From: Octopus bimaculoides
Taxonomy: Eukaryota
Reading direction: 5' to 3'
NCBI RefSeq assembly: GCF_001194135.2
Contig: NC_068998.1
Coordinates: forward strand, 37,131,098 to 37,195,097
Length of the DNA stretch: 64,000 nucleotides
Shown here: in pieces, positions 42,059 to 53,272 of the stretch
Layout: every line of letters begins with the position of its first letter
Numbering within the stretch: position 1 is the first letter of the stretch
The notes under the pieces: generated by a model
What the model was told of the DNA's origin: nothing
The model's database searches: none
Seen by the model: the letters and a program-made list of their open reading frames with translations, nothing else
Translations under genes and position numbers: made by a program

Positions 42059-42794
42059 TCATATAATAATGCAAATAATACACTGCCAAGCTAAACACAA
42101 ATTGTCATTTCTGTAGTGCTTTAAAATTTTCAAATGAAACAAATCGTTTTTCAAATGAAACAAATTGTTTTAAATGAAACAAACAAGTGGCCAGGTAACA
42201 TTGCCGCATTACCAGCTCCTTCTCAACCCCTTATGCATCTTCTAGAAGGCACTTCCATCCAGTCAAAGGATTTTCCGGACAATATCAGACAATACCATTC
42301 TGCATTTCAAATAACATCGTTTGGTGCGTCTAAGAAAGTATATAAACATGAATTTAAGCCAACGTCAAAGTTCAAGGACAAGTCTATCACCTCATTGGTT
42401 CTCTGTTACCCACAAATGAACAATCATAGTTTCTCCAAGTATACTTTATGAGTGATGTAGGACAACAAACCCGAAGGAAGTCTTAAAATTTCAGATGATG
42501 GGTCGTGTTAGACATAGTGCTGACTGCTGCAAAAGACAGTATATTCACTCACCGCTTTTCGGTGCGTTCAAAAATCACATAACCCCCACCTCCAATTTTC
42601 TATGACAGGTTAAGGCCTGAAGTACTCCAAACGGACGCATAGCATGTTGCTTAGTCGAATTAGCCCAGCATTTATTCCACAAATGTTTTGTTGTCAATGC
42701 TGCACTTTCCCATGTTACCTGTTTCAACATAACTATATCATATTATATACAAACTGCCATTTTAATCCCGGGCAACGCCGGATATCTCTGCTAG
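42059..42794 (+). mobile_element. Internally deleted Helitron with a Rep-domain fragment and canonical termini
   Basis: Translation NIRQYHSAFQITSFGA..PT.K/QGQVYHLIGSLLP..FLQVYF is the conserved Helitron Rep N-terminal block. 5' TC at 42059; 3' GC hairpin ccgggcaacgccgg (42768-42781) followed by CTAG at 42791-42794. Confidence 0.82.
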
Positions 42795-42795
42795 A

Positions 42796-42864
<69 letters not shown>

Positions 42865-42872
42865 GATATAGA

Positions 42873-43155
42873 TATACAATATAAAATATAAGAGAAATTA
42901 CCTATAACAGGCAATTTCCACACGCTAGAAGGCAGTCAAACACGATCGAAAACCACAAAATTTAAGTAATTTCAAACGGAATGAAAAAATAAAAACGTTT
43001 TTCGTATTTTTAAGGAAAAAATAAGGTAAAAGTTTTTATTTTTTCATTCCGTTTGAAATTACTTAAATTTTGTGGTTTTCGGTCGTTTTTGACTGCCTTC
43101 TAGCGTGTAGAAGTTACCTGTTATGGATAATTTCTCTTATAGTTTATATTGAATA
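42873..43155. mobile_element. Fold-back element, 124-bp inverted arms with a 35-nt spacer
   Basis: Arms 42873-42996 and 43032-43155 differ at 9 of 124 positions by manual alignment; the inner ~50 bp are perfect. Abuts a CA/TA/GATA microsatellite. Confidence 0.85.
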
Positions 43156-43265
43156 TGTTGTCTATTGACATTTTTTACATGCTAGCCCACTGGTAGTATA
43201 ACTCTGTATAGTTTTGCTAACCTTTATATACTCAAGTATATATAAATATATATATATATATAACG

Positions 43266-43567
43266 AGTTAAATACGTAAACAAGAAAAAGTGGAAAACAG
43301 AGAATGGACCCTTCATCAGTTGTAGGCTGTCTATCAACTCCTTATTTCGAGCAGTCAACGACAATATGAGTCTTCAAAGTCAGTTGCTCCCATAAATTCT
43401 ACAATAAAATTTAGGATTTGTGGAGGGCCAAAGTTTGGAACAAAATCATTCCCAACTTTGACCCTCCATAAGTCCTAAATTTAGACAACCGACAAATGAT
43501 GAAGGGTCCTTTCTCTGTGTTTACTTGTCCTGTTTTCCATTTCTTCTCGTTGTTTACGTATTTAACT
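43266..43567. mobile_element. Nested fold-back element flanked by (TA)n
   Basis: Outer inverted arms 43266-43333 / 43482-43567 (with indels) and inner inverted repeat 43407-43440 / 43449-43482 (30/34 identical). Confidence 0.82.
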
Positions 43568-43590
43568 TTATATATGTATATATATATATA

Positions 43591-43835
43591 CTGTTGTGTC
43601 TCGGGAGAGTCACTTTCTTATTGTGCCTTGAAATTTAACACACTCACCGGTAAAATTTCCACTTATTTTTCTTTTTATTTTCCTAAAATTTTCGTTGCGT
43701 CCTGCAACCTTATCAGTAGTCTTGACTGTCAGTATGGAAGGCAGCGTTCATGACCCATTGCACTGCCTCCGGGAGTGCTGGGAGGGCGGAAGGAAGGTAT
43801 CCTCAAACCGGTGAGTGTGTTAAATTTCAAGGCAC
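43591..43835. mobile_element. TIR element inserted in (TA)n, right end lost in an N gap; second copy starts at 4731
   Basis: Perfect 29-bp inverted repeat 43623-43651 / 43807-43835. The left end ctgttgtgtc..cactcaccg recurs at 4731-4790, also directly after (TA)n. Confidence 0.8.
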
Positions 43836-44408
43836 NNNNNNNNNNNNNNNNNNNNNNNNNNNNNNNNNNNNNNNNNNNNNNNNNNNNNNNNNNNNNNNNN
43901 NNNNNNNNNNNNNNNNNNNNNNNNNNNNNNNNNNNNNNNNNNNNNNNNNNNNNNNNNNNNNNNNNNNNNNNNNNNNNNNNNNNNNNNNNNNNNNNNNNNN
44001 NNNNNNNNNNNNNNNNNNNNNNNNNNNNNNNNNNNNNNNNNNNNNNNNNNNNNNNNNNNNNNNNNNNNNNNNNNNNNNNNNNNNNNNNNNNNNNNNNNNN
44101 NNNNNNNNNNNNNNNNNNNNNNNNNNNNNNNNNNNNNNNNNNNNNNNNNNNNNNNNNNNNNNNNNNNNNNNNNNNNNNNNNNNNNNNNNNNNNNNNNNNN
44201 NNNNNNNNNNNNNNNNNNNNNNNNNNNNNNNNNNNNNNNNNNNNNNNNNNNNNNNNNNNNNNNNNNNNNNNNNNNNNNNNNNNNNNNNNNNNNNNNNNNN
44301 NNNNNNNNNNNNNNNNNNNNNNNNNNNNNNNNNNNNNNNNNNNNNNNNNNNNNNNNNNNNNNNNNNNNNNNNNNNNNNNNNNNNNNNNNNNNNNNNNNNN
44401 NNNNNNNN

Positions 44409-44445
<37 letters not shown>

Positions 44446-44864
44446 CATACATACGACGGGCTTCTTTCAGTTTCTGTCAACTAAATCCACTCGCATGGCT
44501 TTGGTTGGCCCGAGGTTATATTAGAAGACACTTGCCGAAGTTGCTATGTAGTGAAACTTAAGCCGGAAGTACGTGCTTGCGAAGCAAGCTTCTTATCACA
44601 TACCCACGCCAGTACCTACTATGTATACTTATAATTAAATCATCTTTTAAGTATTCGTTTCCCATTTACTTTACATTTAATCACGACACAATACGAGGTT
44701 TTCATAATTTTTTTTAATTAATTCCACCCAAATGTCGAGCAGAAAGCGTCGTGTTATCTTGTATCGATTCACTAGGTTCTGAGTTCAAATACCGCCAAAA
44801 TAAAACTTGACTTTCATCTTTCTCGATAGATTAAAAAAAAAGACCAATCTATGACGGTAAAATG

Positions 44865-45092
44865 GTCGAACTGTAAGAACGTCATGCTAGGTTCAAATCC
44901 TGCTATAGCCTACTTTGATAGAAGGCTTAGTCCGCTGACCGGTTTAATGCCACCACTCGGCATTGCGTCAGAGACCGTATTCCGGTTTGAGGACACCTTC
45001 CTTCCGCCTTCCCAGCAGTCCCGGATGCAGTGCAATGGGTCATGAACACTGCCTTCCATACTAACTGAAATATGTATAAAAATAAATAAACT
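44865..45092 (+). mobile_element. SINE family D (GGTTCAAATCC B-box, A-rich tail)
   Basis: tRNA-like head at ~44865-44910, GC-rich body, tail aaaaataaataaa; 44982-45065 also occurs inverted at 43728-43811. Confidence 0.62.
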
Positions 45093-46192
45093 GCGGTTCG
45101 CAAGGCGCGCTGTCTTCTCCTTCTGCCATTTCCACTAGTACTCCAAAGCGTCTTACTTTCAGTGCTGGTTGGGCTCATGGCATTCTCATACATTCCTCAT
45201 TCACTTCTTCCCTCTCCGTTATTACACTTGTGTGCAAGCTCCAAGTATGTTCACAAATTACCATTCTTATCCCTTCCTTGCCAGAATATCAACCCGCTAG
45301 AACTTTTTCTATGCCTATGAAAATTTACGGCTGATGTTGACTTGCAATGGTTCGACCTGAACATGAACGAAATCAATTTCACCAGTCTCCGAGGACCGAC
45401 GATGTCTATGGACAATGTCTCATCCTCCATACCCAACAATTTAAGAAAATATTAAGTTATCTTTTAATGAGTATTCTATTAGAAAATACCTTATTTTGAT
45501 ATATTCTGTTGGTTACGGCACTAAGTTTGGGCAAAACTTCCCATAATTGATTGTTGATTCTATTTTTGGCAAAGCAGAGCAATGTACTGTTAACTGGTTT
45601 GCATCACAAGTGATGTTGCTGTGTGGAATTTAACAAGAAACACAAACTTACAGAAAAGCTTAATCCTAAAATCCGAAAGTGAAGCTCATTATTATCTGAA
45701 GATCTTGAACTATTCTACTTTAACCAGTTCAACGCTACAGTTTATCAGTAGCAATCAAATGATTAACTGATATTAGATTCTCAACATCCTCTTTTGTTGA
45801 TGAATTAAATAAAAGTGAAGTATCATTACAGGATATCAGAAAGACAGTAGATTTTCCGAATAACCATTCTTAAATTACATAATCGATATTTCAGCACAAA
45901 CAGCTGAAGCCGCCATTTTTCTTCACTCTAACCCACATCCCAACTTTCTCTTGGTGTTAGTTGGAAAGAAACGAATATTTAGTCGCCGGATAAATAAAGC
46001 TTGTAAACTGGCTGACGAATACCCGGTCAGTTGAGTAGGCAGTGTCGGTTTCTATTCCAATTTAGACCCAGTTTGGTTTATTCACACAATACTGTATGGG
46101 GATACAGTATTTCCTCAATTTTTAACTTACATTTTATCATTTTACTATTAAAAACTTCATTGTTTCTCTCCCGGTAAACTCACATCTGACTG

Positions 46193-46792
46193 TACAAAGA
46201 AGACTTCAAAAGTTACGAGTAGCGATTTCTCTTGAAAATCGACAAAATTTGGCATCGTGGTGTTATCAAGTACCTTCAGTAAAAGAGTTTGTGTAAAAGT
46301 AGGTAGCTAAATTTAGGAGGGGAAGGGAGAGACTTGACGATGACCTCCTAAGGTCTGGACGTCCTGCAGTTGTCACCACCGAGGAAAATATTGATCGTAT
46401 TCACCATGTGGTAATGAAAGAGGTCTTGTTTCATCAGGACAATATTCTAGCACACAAGTCCTTCGGTTCAATGGCTGCTGTGCATGACTGTGTCTCTGAA
46501 CTGATTGATCAGCCTCTATTTTCTCCTCGTTTGGCTCCATCTGGCCATGATCTGTTCCCCAGCATGAAAAAACACTTTACTGGCAACCCAGTATCGCAGT
46601 GATGATAACCTCATACATGCTGTTGATGACTGTTTTTGACCAACAAGTTGAAAGTTTCTTTATCGATGGAATCCAAGCACTGCAACACCTATGTAAGAAT
46701 TGTGTTGATTGTGATGAAAAATAAACATCATTTGGTCACAATCCATGAGAATATTTTTGCTCAACCTATGAACTTTTTAGCCGAGTCTCGTA
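46193..46792 (+). mobile_element. Internally deleted, decayed mariner (Tc1/mariner) transposon
   Basis: Fragments HRGVIKYL, RSGRP..TTEENIDRI, FHQDN..AH and FSPRLAPSG.DLFP.MKK (degenerate YSPDLAPSD motif). 3' end aactttttagccgagtctcgta resembles a mariner TIR; the left TIR is only weakly recognisable. Confidence 0.85.
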
Positions 46793-47384
46793 AATACGGA
46801 ATGGCTACGGGCTGGACTCCTAGTATCATACGTCAAAGACACTAGCTTTGTATAAAATACGATTTATCCTTCACTCATAATTACTTGTTCACACACTTGT
46901 CCACGGTATTGCTTTATCCTCTTTTATATTCAAAAGTTGCCCTGCAACATATATTGAATGAAACAGGCAGTGCAAAATGAATAATTTACAACAGACTGGT
47001 AATGACCCGACTGTAGCCTCATTTACGCCTTCTTAGCTCGCCTGTCTGGCGTTGCCCTCCTCCAACAGCTCAAAAGTTAAAATCAATTGCTTATTTTGTC
47101 GTTGAAATGATGAAGCTCGGGTGGTCGTGCTTAACCTAGTTTTTCTTGTTTAAACTTGCCGCCACGTCCGACTCTACCAGTCATACCAGGTTCCCAACAG
47201 TATTACTCTCAGTTTCAGTGAACCACACAAGACCTCCACTACAAGTAACAACTAACAGAGAAGTAGTACATTCGTACAATTGCTATTACTAAATTCAGCT
47301 CTGCTGCGTTTACTATAATACCTTAGGCTTATCTGTTTCATGCTTCTTGAAACTTCTGACTATCTCTAGAATATATATATATAT

Positions 47385-47625
47385 AAATTATATGTTGATG
47401 TTATGGTGCGGTTACTGATGAGAATTTCGCATAACAAATTATTTTAATTGCTAAATAAAATTTGAAATCTAGGTATAACCGTAAAAAAATAACAAGATAA
47501 AAGTTGTTTTTTTTTTCATTCCCTTCAAATTGCTCTTAAATGTGGTTTTGGTTTTGACTGCTTCTTCTAGCGTGTAAAATTACCTGTGAAAGGTAGTTTC
47601 TCTTGTGTTTAAATGCACACTATTA
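47385..47625 (+). mobile_element. Non-fold-back relative of the 42873 element, between TA tracts
   Basis: 47480-47605 resembles the spacer plus right arm of 42873-43155 (aaaag..ttttttcattcc..tgtggtttt..tttgactgc..ttctagcgtgta..ttacctgt..tttctctt). The upstream part is unique. Confidence 0.65.
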
Positions 47626-48241
47626 TANNNNNNNNNNNNNNNNNNNNNNNNNNNNNNNNNNNNNNNNNNNNNNNNNNNNNNNNNNNNNNNNNNNNNNNNN
47701 NNNNNNNNNNNNNNNNNNNNNNNNNNNNNNNNNNNNNNNNNNNNNNNNNNNNNNNNTATATATATGTACTAATCCCGAAAACAGATACAAATTAGTCTCC
47801 TTCAACGACACTCTCTATGAGTGCTTCTCTTTGAATCGCTTTCCCTGAATAGTTTTCCTTTCGCTACGATCTGGTCGCTGATGCAGTTAACACGTTACTA
47901 ACATAAATTTTCCCTAAACAACAATGATTATGAGTACTAATTAAGTTGGTCAAACTGAATCATGAGCAATAATAAATTGAAATGAGTTGTTAAATACTTT
48001 GCTGAGGGATAAGCAGAAATGAAGTGTGAGCTTTTTATAGAGAAACTGATTCTTATCTAACATGGCGGCACGACGTGTCACGGTGTTACCTAATGTTGAT
48101 ACTATTGCAGTGATTGTATTTATATTGTAAGCATTATTTTTTAAGAAATCAGCTTGTATCGCTCTCTACCTCCTTCTCCTTCTCTCTCTCTCTCTCTCTC
48201 TCAGACACACTCATTCTCTCGTTATTTATTTCTCTTTACAG

Positions 48242-48369
48242 AACAACAACTGCCTACGCATCAAAATCCTAGGTGATTGCTATTACTGTGTGAGCGGACT
48301 GCCGGAAGCCAGGCCAGACCACGCCAAGTGCTGCGTGGAAATGGGACTGGATATGATTGATGCCATTTG
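48242..48369 (+). CDS. ADCY1: Adenylyl cyclase exon D, 128 nt, phase 0-2, C1a catalytic domain ([42 protein letters not shown]-tg)
   Basis: ctctttacag acceptor (ends 48241), gtaag donor at 48370. [10 protein letters not shown] carries the second metal-binding Asp. Missed by the ORF track because there is no upstream start codon. Confidence 0.97.
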
Positions 48370-49424
48370 GTAAGAACTCAACTCAAATACTACATTGTAC
48401 AATGCACACTAACACTCCAAGCCACTTCACATTATGAGCAACCTTTATAGGAAAGTATTGTAAATGTCTTCAGATTTCTAAGGTTGTCATAATATGATTA
48501 TGAGTGGCTCTACAGATTGTTTGCGTTTACTCTCTTCACACCACAAATATTTTCTCTCAGCGTGTAAGCTTCAACATTATGTACGGAATATATATAACAG
48601 CAGTACATCTGTTATATTCTGATATTCAAGAGCATATTTCGTTATGTTGTGGATAAAAAGAGGTTTTTTTTTTGTTTTTGTTTTGTTTTTCAAGAGATAG
48701 AAATTATAGAATTCTTAGTGGTAATAGTGATAAGGAAAGTATTGCTGTGGGCCGTATTATAGTTTAATTACATTTTCATGTAATAATGAAACACTCAAAC
48801 ACTGAACCAATGAGAGATGATGTGAAAACTCTGCTGACAACGTGGGAACTGAACAGCAAGATAAAGTAAGAATTATTAGGTATTGTTGCGTGATGAAAAG
48901 TGTATGGTTAAAACATCATTCTTACATTGATTAGATTTTGCTACTGCAGTTAGAATAGCAGAAGCATCGTAGAGAAAATCGGTTTCTCATCATTTGTACT
49001 TCGGCCATTATGCTGCTTACAAAATCCTCTTTTTACTTGCCCATTAACCGTACTTAACTTTATTATACTATATCACTAAGTTCTTATTAAATCTCATGGG
49101 TCCTATTCGAACTTTTTCCTTTAGACCTATCGACATTCTATTATTTATTTATAACAGACATCGTCAGTTCACTTCGAAATGAAACAAAAATCTTGTCAGT
49201 TAAGCTTTCCTTGCCGAAATCAGTATTTAACTATTACAAAAATGTCTTATTTATGGTACGCTGTACAGATCACAAACTTGTTGCTCTTCCTTAACCTTGA
49301 TCAATTCTGATCGAGCAGACACAATGCTCAAAAGCATTTAAAATCGTGCTCACCCCATTGTTTAATAAGACATACAGTGTATGTAAAAACTATATTTACC
49401 ATTATGTCCTCCAAATATCTTGTT

Positions 49425-49627
49425 CCATTGTAATCTTCTTCTTACGAGAGGGGTTAGTTGATTACATGGATCCAAGGATCTTTATCAGATCCGGCGAGCA
49501 CGATGGAATTTGAAATCAGAAGTTCAAAATCCGATGTGAAAGAAATGCCGCTTAGCATTTGTTCGGCGCGCTAACAGTTCTGACAACATCAACAACAACA
49601 ACAACAATAATAATAATAATAATAATG

Positions 49628-49686
<59 letters not shown>

Positions 49687-50085
49687 TTCTTTATTCGCCA
49701 CAAAATCCGGAAAAAAAACATTGTGGATGATGCAAAGACAAGGAACAGAGGGTATTTTCATAACATGCGTAAGTAATAAAAAGTATCGAAAAAATAGAAA
49801 GGCAAATGGAGCTTCCACCGACCAGTCTAACCGGCTGATAGACGGATACGAACGCTTGACAACACTCTATGAGCCTTTCTGATATTAGGCACAAGTCCTG
49901 AAATATTGTGGGAGGAGACTAGTTGATTACGCAGACCCCAGTGTTTCACTGGCACTAATTTTATCGACCCTGAAAGGAAAAAATGCAAAGTCGACCACGC
50001 AGAATTAGAACTCAGAATTTAAAGACGGACGAATTACCGCTAAACATTTGGCCCATCGAGCTGACGATTCTGCTAGCTCACCGCT
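49425..50085 (-). mobile_element. Two family A SINEs, minus strand (49425-49585, 49880-50085), with an (AAT)n tract between
   Basis: Family A motifs in reverse orientation; (AAT)n at ~49605-49685. Confidence 0.75.
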
Positions 50086-50777
50086 TTCTGTCGGAAAATA
50101 ACATTAACAGACTATTGTTAACACAATATATGTACTTATGTTGCAACATCCTCCTCGCCCATCTCTAAAAATTGTAGACTATTTGTCGCGCTTAATCTAA
50201 AGAAGAAGATAATTAAATTTATTTTCACATAACTTGATTTTCGTGCTATGGTAAAAAAAAAAAAAAACAGTAACTGAAAGAATCAACTTCATTTGTCGCC
50301 AAGATTGTCGATTAATTGGAGATATAGCATAGTTAGTAGTAGTGGTGCATGCATATTGGCAAAGATAATATGTATTTTCGAATTAAGTTGAGTTAGTGGG
50401 CAGGTCTACAGCGTGTTGTTTGTAGGCGGTTGTGTGGCGTTCACAAATCTGTAAGTCGTGGGCAGTGACTACTCTATCATTAACGACAGAGAAGTGACGG
50501 AGGTGTACACTAGTAATACATTGAGCGCGTTCCATGCTAATGAATTGCGCGCCAATGTAAGAGTTGTATCTTGTACAATGTATCGTAAAGGTATGCGTGA
50601 GTAGAGGAATATGTATTCAATCTATATCCTGAGAAATGGGGACGTCTATATATAATTGATAATTACATATAAACGCCTTCCGATCGACATACACGCACAC
50701 GCATAAACAAATAAGCTCACGCATCTACGCGAAGCCGCACGCTTATTCACGCGTACACACACATATATTAACACTCA

Positions 50778-50826
<49 letters not shown>

Positions 50827-52365
50827 TCACTCACTCACTCACTCACACACATAAGCAGTACTANNNNNNNNNNCACACACATAAGCAGTACTAAGTATAT
50901 TGCTTTATCAGGTGTTAATGGAAGCTAATAGAGAATCGCTGAATAGTAGCTTTCGTGTTGTTGAACGTCGTTCTGCATAATGTATACGTGTATATTGTAT
51001 GTACCAATGGATGCTTGAATGCGTGTGTGTGTGTGTGTACATATATCTATATGTATATAGATGCATACAAATACACGTATGCACACACACACACACACAC
51101 ACATACATACATACATATANNNNNNNNNNNNNNNNNNNNNNNNNNNNNNNNNNNNNNNNNNNNNNNNNNNNNNNNNNNNNNNNNNNNNNNNNNNNNNNNN
51201 NNNNNNNNNNNNNNNNNNNNNNNNNNNNNNNNNNNNNNNNNNNNNNNNNNNNNNNNNNNNNNNNNNNNNNNNNNNNNNNNNNNNNNNNNNNNNNNNNNNN
51301 NNNNNNNNNNNNNNNNNNNNNNNNNNNNNNNNNNNNNNNNNNNNNNNNNNNNNNNNNNNNNNNNNNNNNNNNNNNNNNNNNNNNNNNNNNNNNNNNNNNN
51401 NNNNNNNNNNNNNNNNNNNNNNNNNNNNNNNNNNNNNNNNNNNNNNNNNNNNNNNNNNNNNNNNNNNNNNNNNNNNNNNNNNNNNNNNNNNNNNNNNNNN
51501 NNNNNNNNNNNNNNNNNNNNNNNNNNNNNNNNNNNNNNNNNNNNNNNNNNNNNNNNNNNNNNNNNNNNNNNNNNNNNNNNNNNNNNNNNNNNNNNNNNNN
51601 NNNNNNNNNNNNNNNNNNNNNNNNNNNNNNNNNNNNNNNNNNNNNNNNNNNNNNNNNNNNNNNNNNNNNNNNNNNNNNNNNNNNNNNNNNNNNNNNNNNN
51701 NNNNNNNNNNNNNNNNNNNNNNNNNNNNNNNNNNNNNNNNNNNNNNNNNNNNNNNNNNNNNNNNNNNNNNNNNNNNNNNNNNNNNNNNNNNNNNNNNNNN
51801 NNNNNNNNNNNNNNNNNNNNNNNNNNNNNNNNNNNNNNNNNNNNNNNNNNNNNNNNNNNNNNNNNNNNNNNNNNNNNNNNNNNNNNNNNNNNNNNNNNNN
51901 NNNNNNNNNNNNNNNNNNNNNNNNNAGAGATGCTTGCTAATATGTAAAATTATGTGGTTTACTAGTTACGAATTTTGAATCGCAAATATGAGATCCCGAT
52001 TTCGTTCACCATGTGTGATAGCTTGGCACGTACCCTTCACCGTTGCGTCAGTTTGACTGAGTCATTCTGGGAAATTGGATTGATAGAGACTTTGATGAAG
52101 CCTGGTGGATGAGTTACACCTGCAATTAAAACAGGATAGACTTGTCACAGTCTCATGCTGCTTCGGCTCGAGACCAAGGTCGATGGAATGGTCATTCACT
52201 TAGATGCTAATTAAATGAACCTGGTAGTTCAGTTGAGTCTACAACAGAAACCTCATCGTTAGAGCACACGCGCGCGCGCACGGGTTCACAGATGTACACA
52301 TAACAACACAGACTCAAGCACACAAACACGCACCCAAATTCACATTGTATATATGTATATATATA

Positions 52366-52620
52366 TGGTGGTTGTCTACTCCTAAAACAGAGTTTGACCA
52401 CCTCCTGCACCTACACCTTAGCCCTTTCATGGCGTCTGATTTGGCTTTTTAAACCAGACAGTGTTTTGAAAAAACACCCACACAGATTGCACCTCTGATT
52501 TGCACTACCAATACCTGCAAGTAAGTTCTGCTCATTGTGGATCCTAACATGTCTTTTAAGACCCCCATTGGATTTGCAAACCCTCTGGCACACACCACAT
52601 TCAAACGTTGCACAGACATA
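52366..52620 (-). mobile_element. Two C2H2-type fingers plus a short tail; probable 3' end of an RTE-like LINE (alternative: ZNF gene fragment)
   Basis: Minus strand FECGVCQRVCKSNGGLKRHVRIH..CNLCGCFFKTLSGLKSQIRRH..*, then ~40 nt and a TA-rich tail. No TGEKP linker. Confidence 0.55.
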
Positions 52621-52689
52621 TAATCAGAATAGCTGGATGTATATATATAAGCATGTAAGTACGTATGTAATATATGTACGTATGTATTG

Positions 52690-53272
52690 AGGCGGCAAGC
52701 TAGTAGATTTCTTGCTTAGCTGCATTTCGTCTGTTTTTACATTCTGAGTTCAAATTCCGCCAATGTCCACTTTGCCCCTGATCCTTTTAGGCTCGATAAA
52801 ATAAGTAAATAAGTAACAGTTGAGCACTGGGTCGATATAATCGACTTACCCACCTCACCCAAATTGCTGGCCATGTGCCAAAATTTGAAACCAAGACATG
52901 TATAGAACTTTTATGTATGTAATATATACAGACAGGAAGGCGGCGAGCTGGCAGAAACGTTAGCACGCCGGGCAAAATGCTTAGCGGTATTTCGTCTGCC
53001 GATACGTTCTGAGTTCAAACTCCGCCGAGATCGACTTTGCCTTTCATCGTTTCGGGGTCGATAAATTAAGTACCAGTTACGCACTGGGGTCGATGTAATC
53101 GACTGAAACACTTTCTCTGTCCTTGTTTGTCCCCTCTATGTTTAGCCCCTTGTGGGCGATAAAGAAATAAGAAATGTTAGCACGCTGGGCGAAATGCTTA
53201 GCGGTATTTCGTCTGTCTTTACTTTCTAAGCTCAAATTTCCTCGAGGTAGACTTTGCCTTTCATCCTTTCGG
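52690..53272 (+). mobile_element. Three tandem family A SINEs (52690-52895, 52938-53170, 53175-gap)
   Basis: Three recognisable heads/B-box regions; the middle copy carries the alternative 3' tail. Confidence 0.88.

Noticed and set aside
52690-53272. Regularly spaced repeats suggestive of a CRISPR-like array
   Set aside because: Units are ~200-bp diverged SINEs, not short identical repeats with unique spacers; eukaryotic context with no cas genes.
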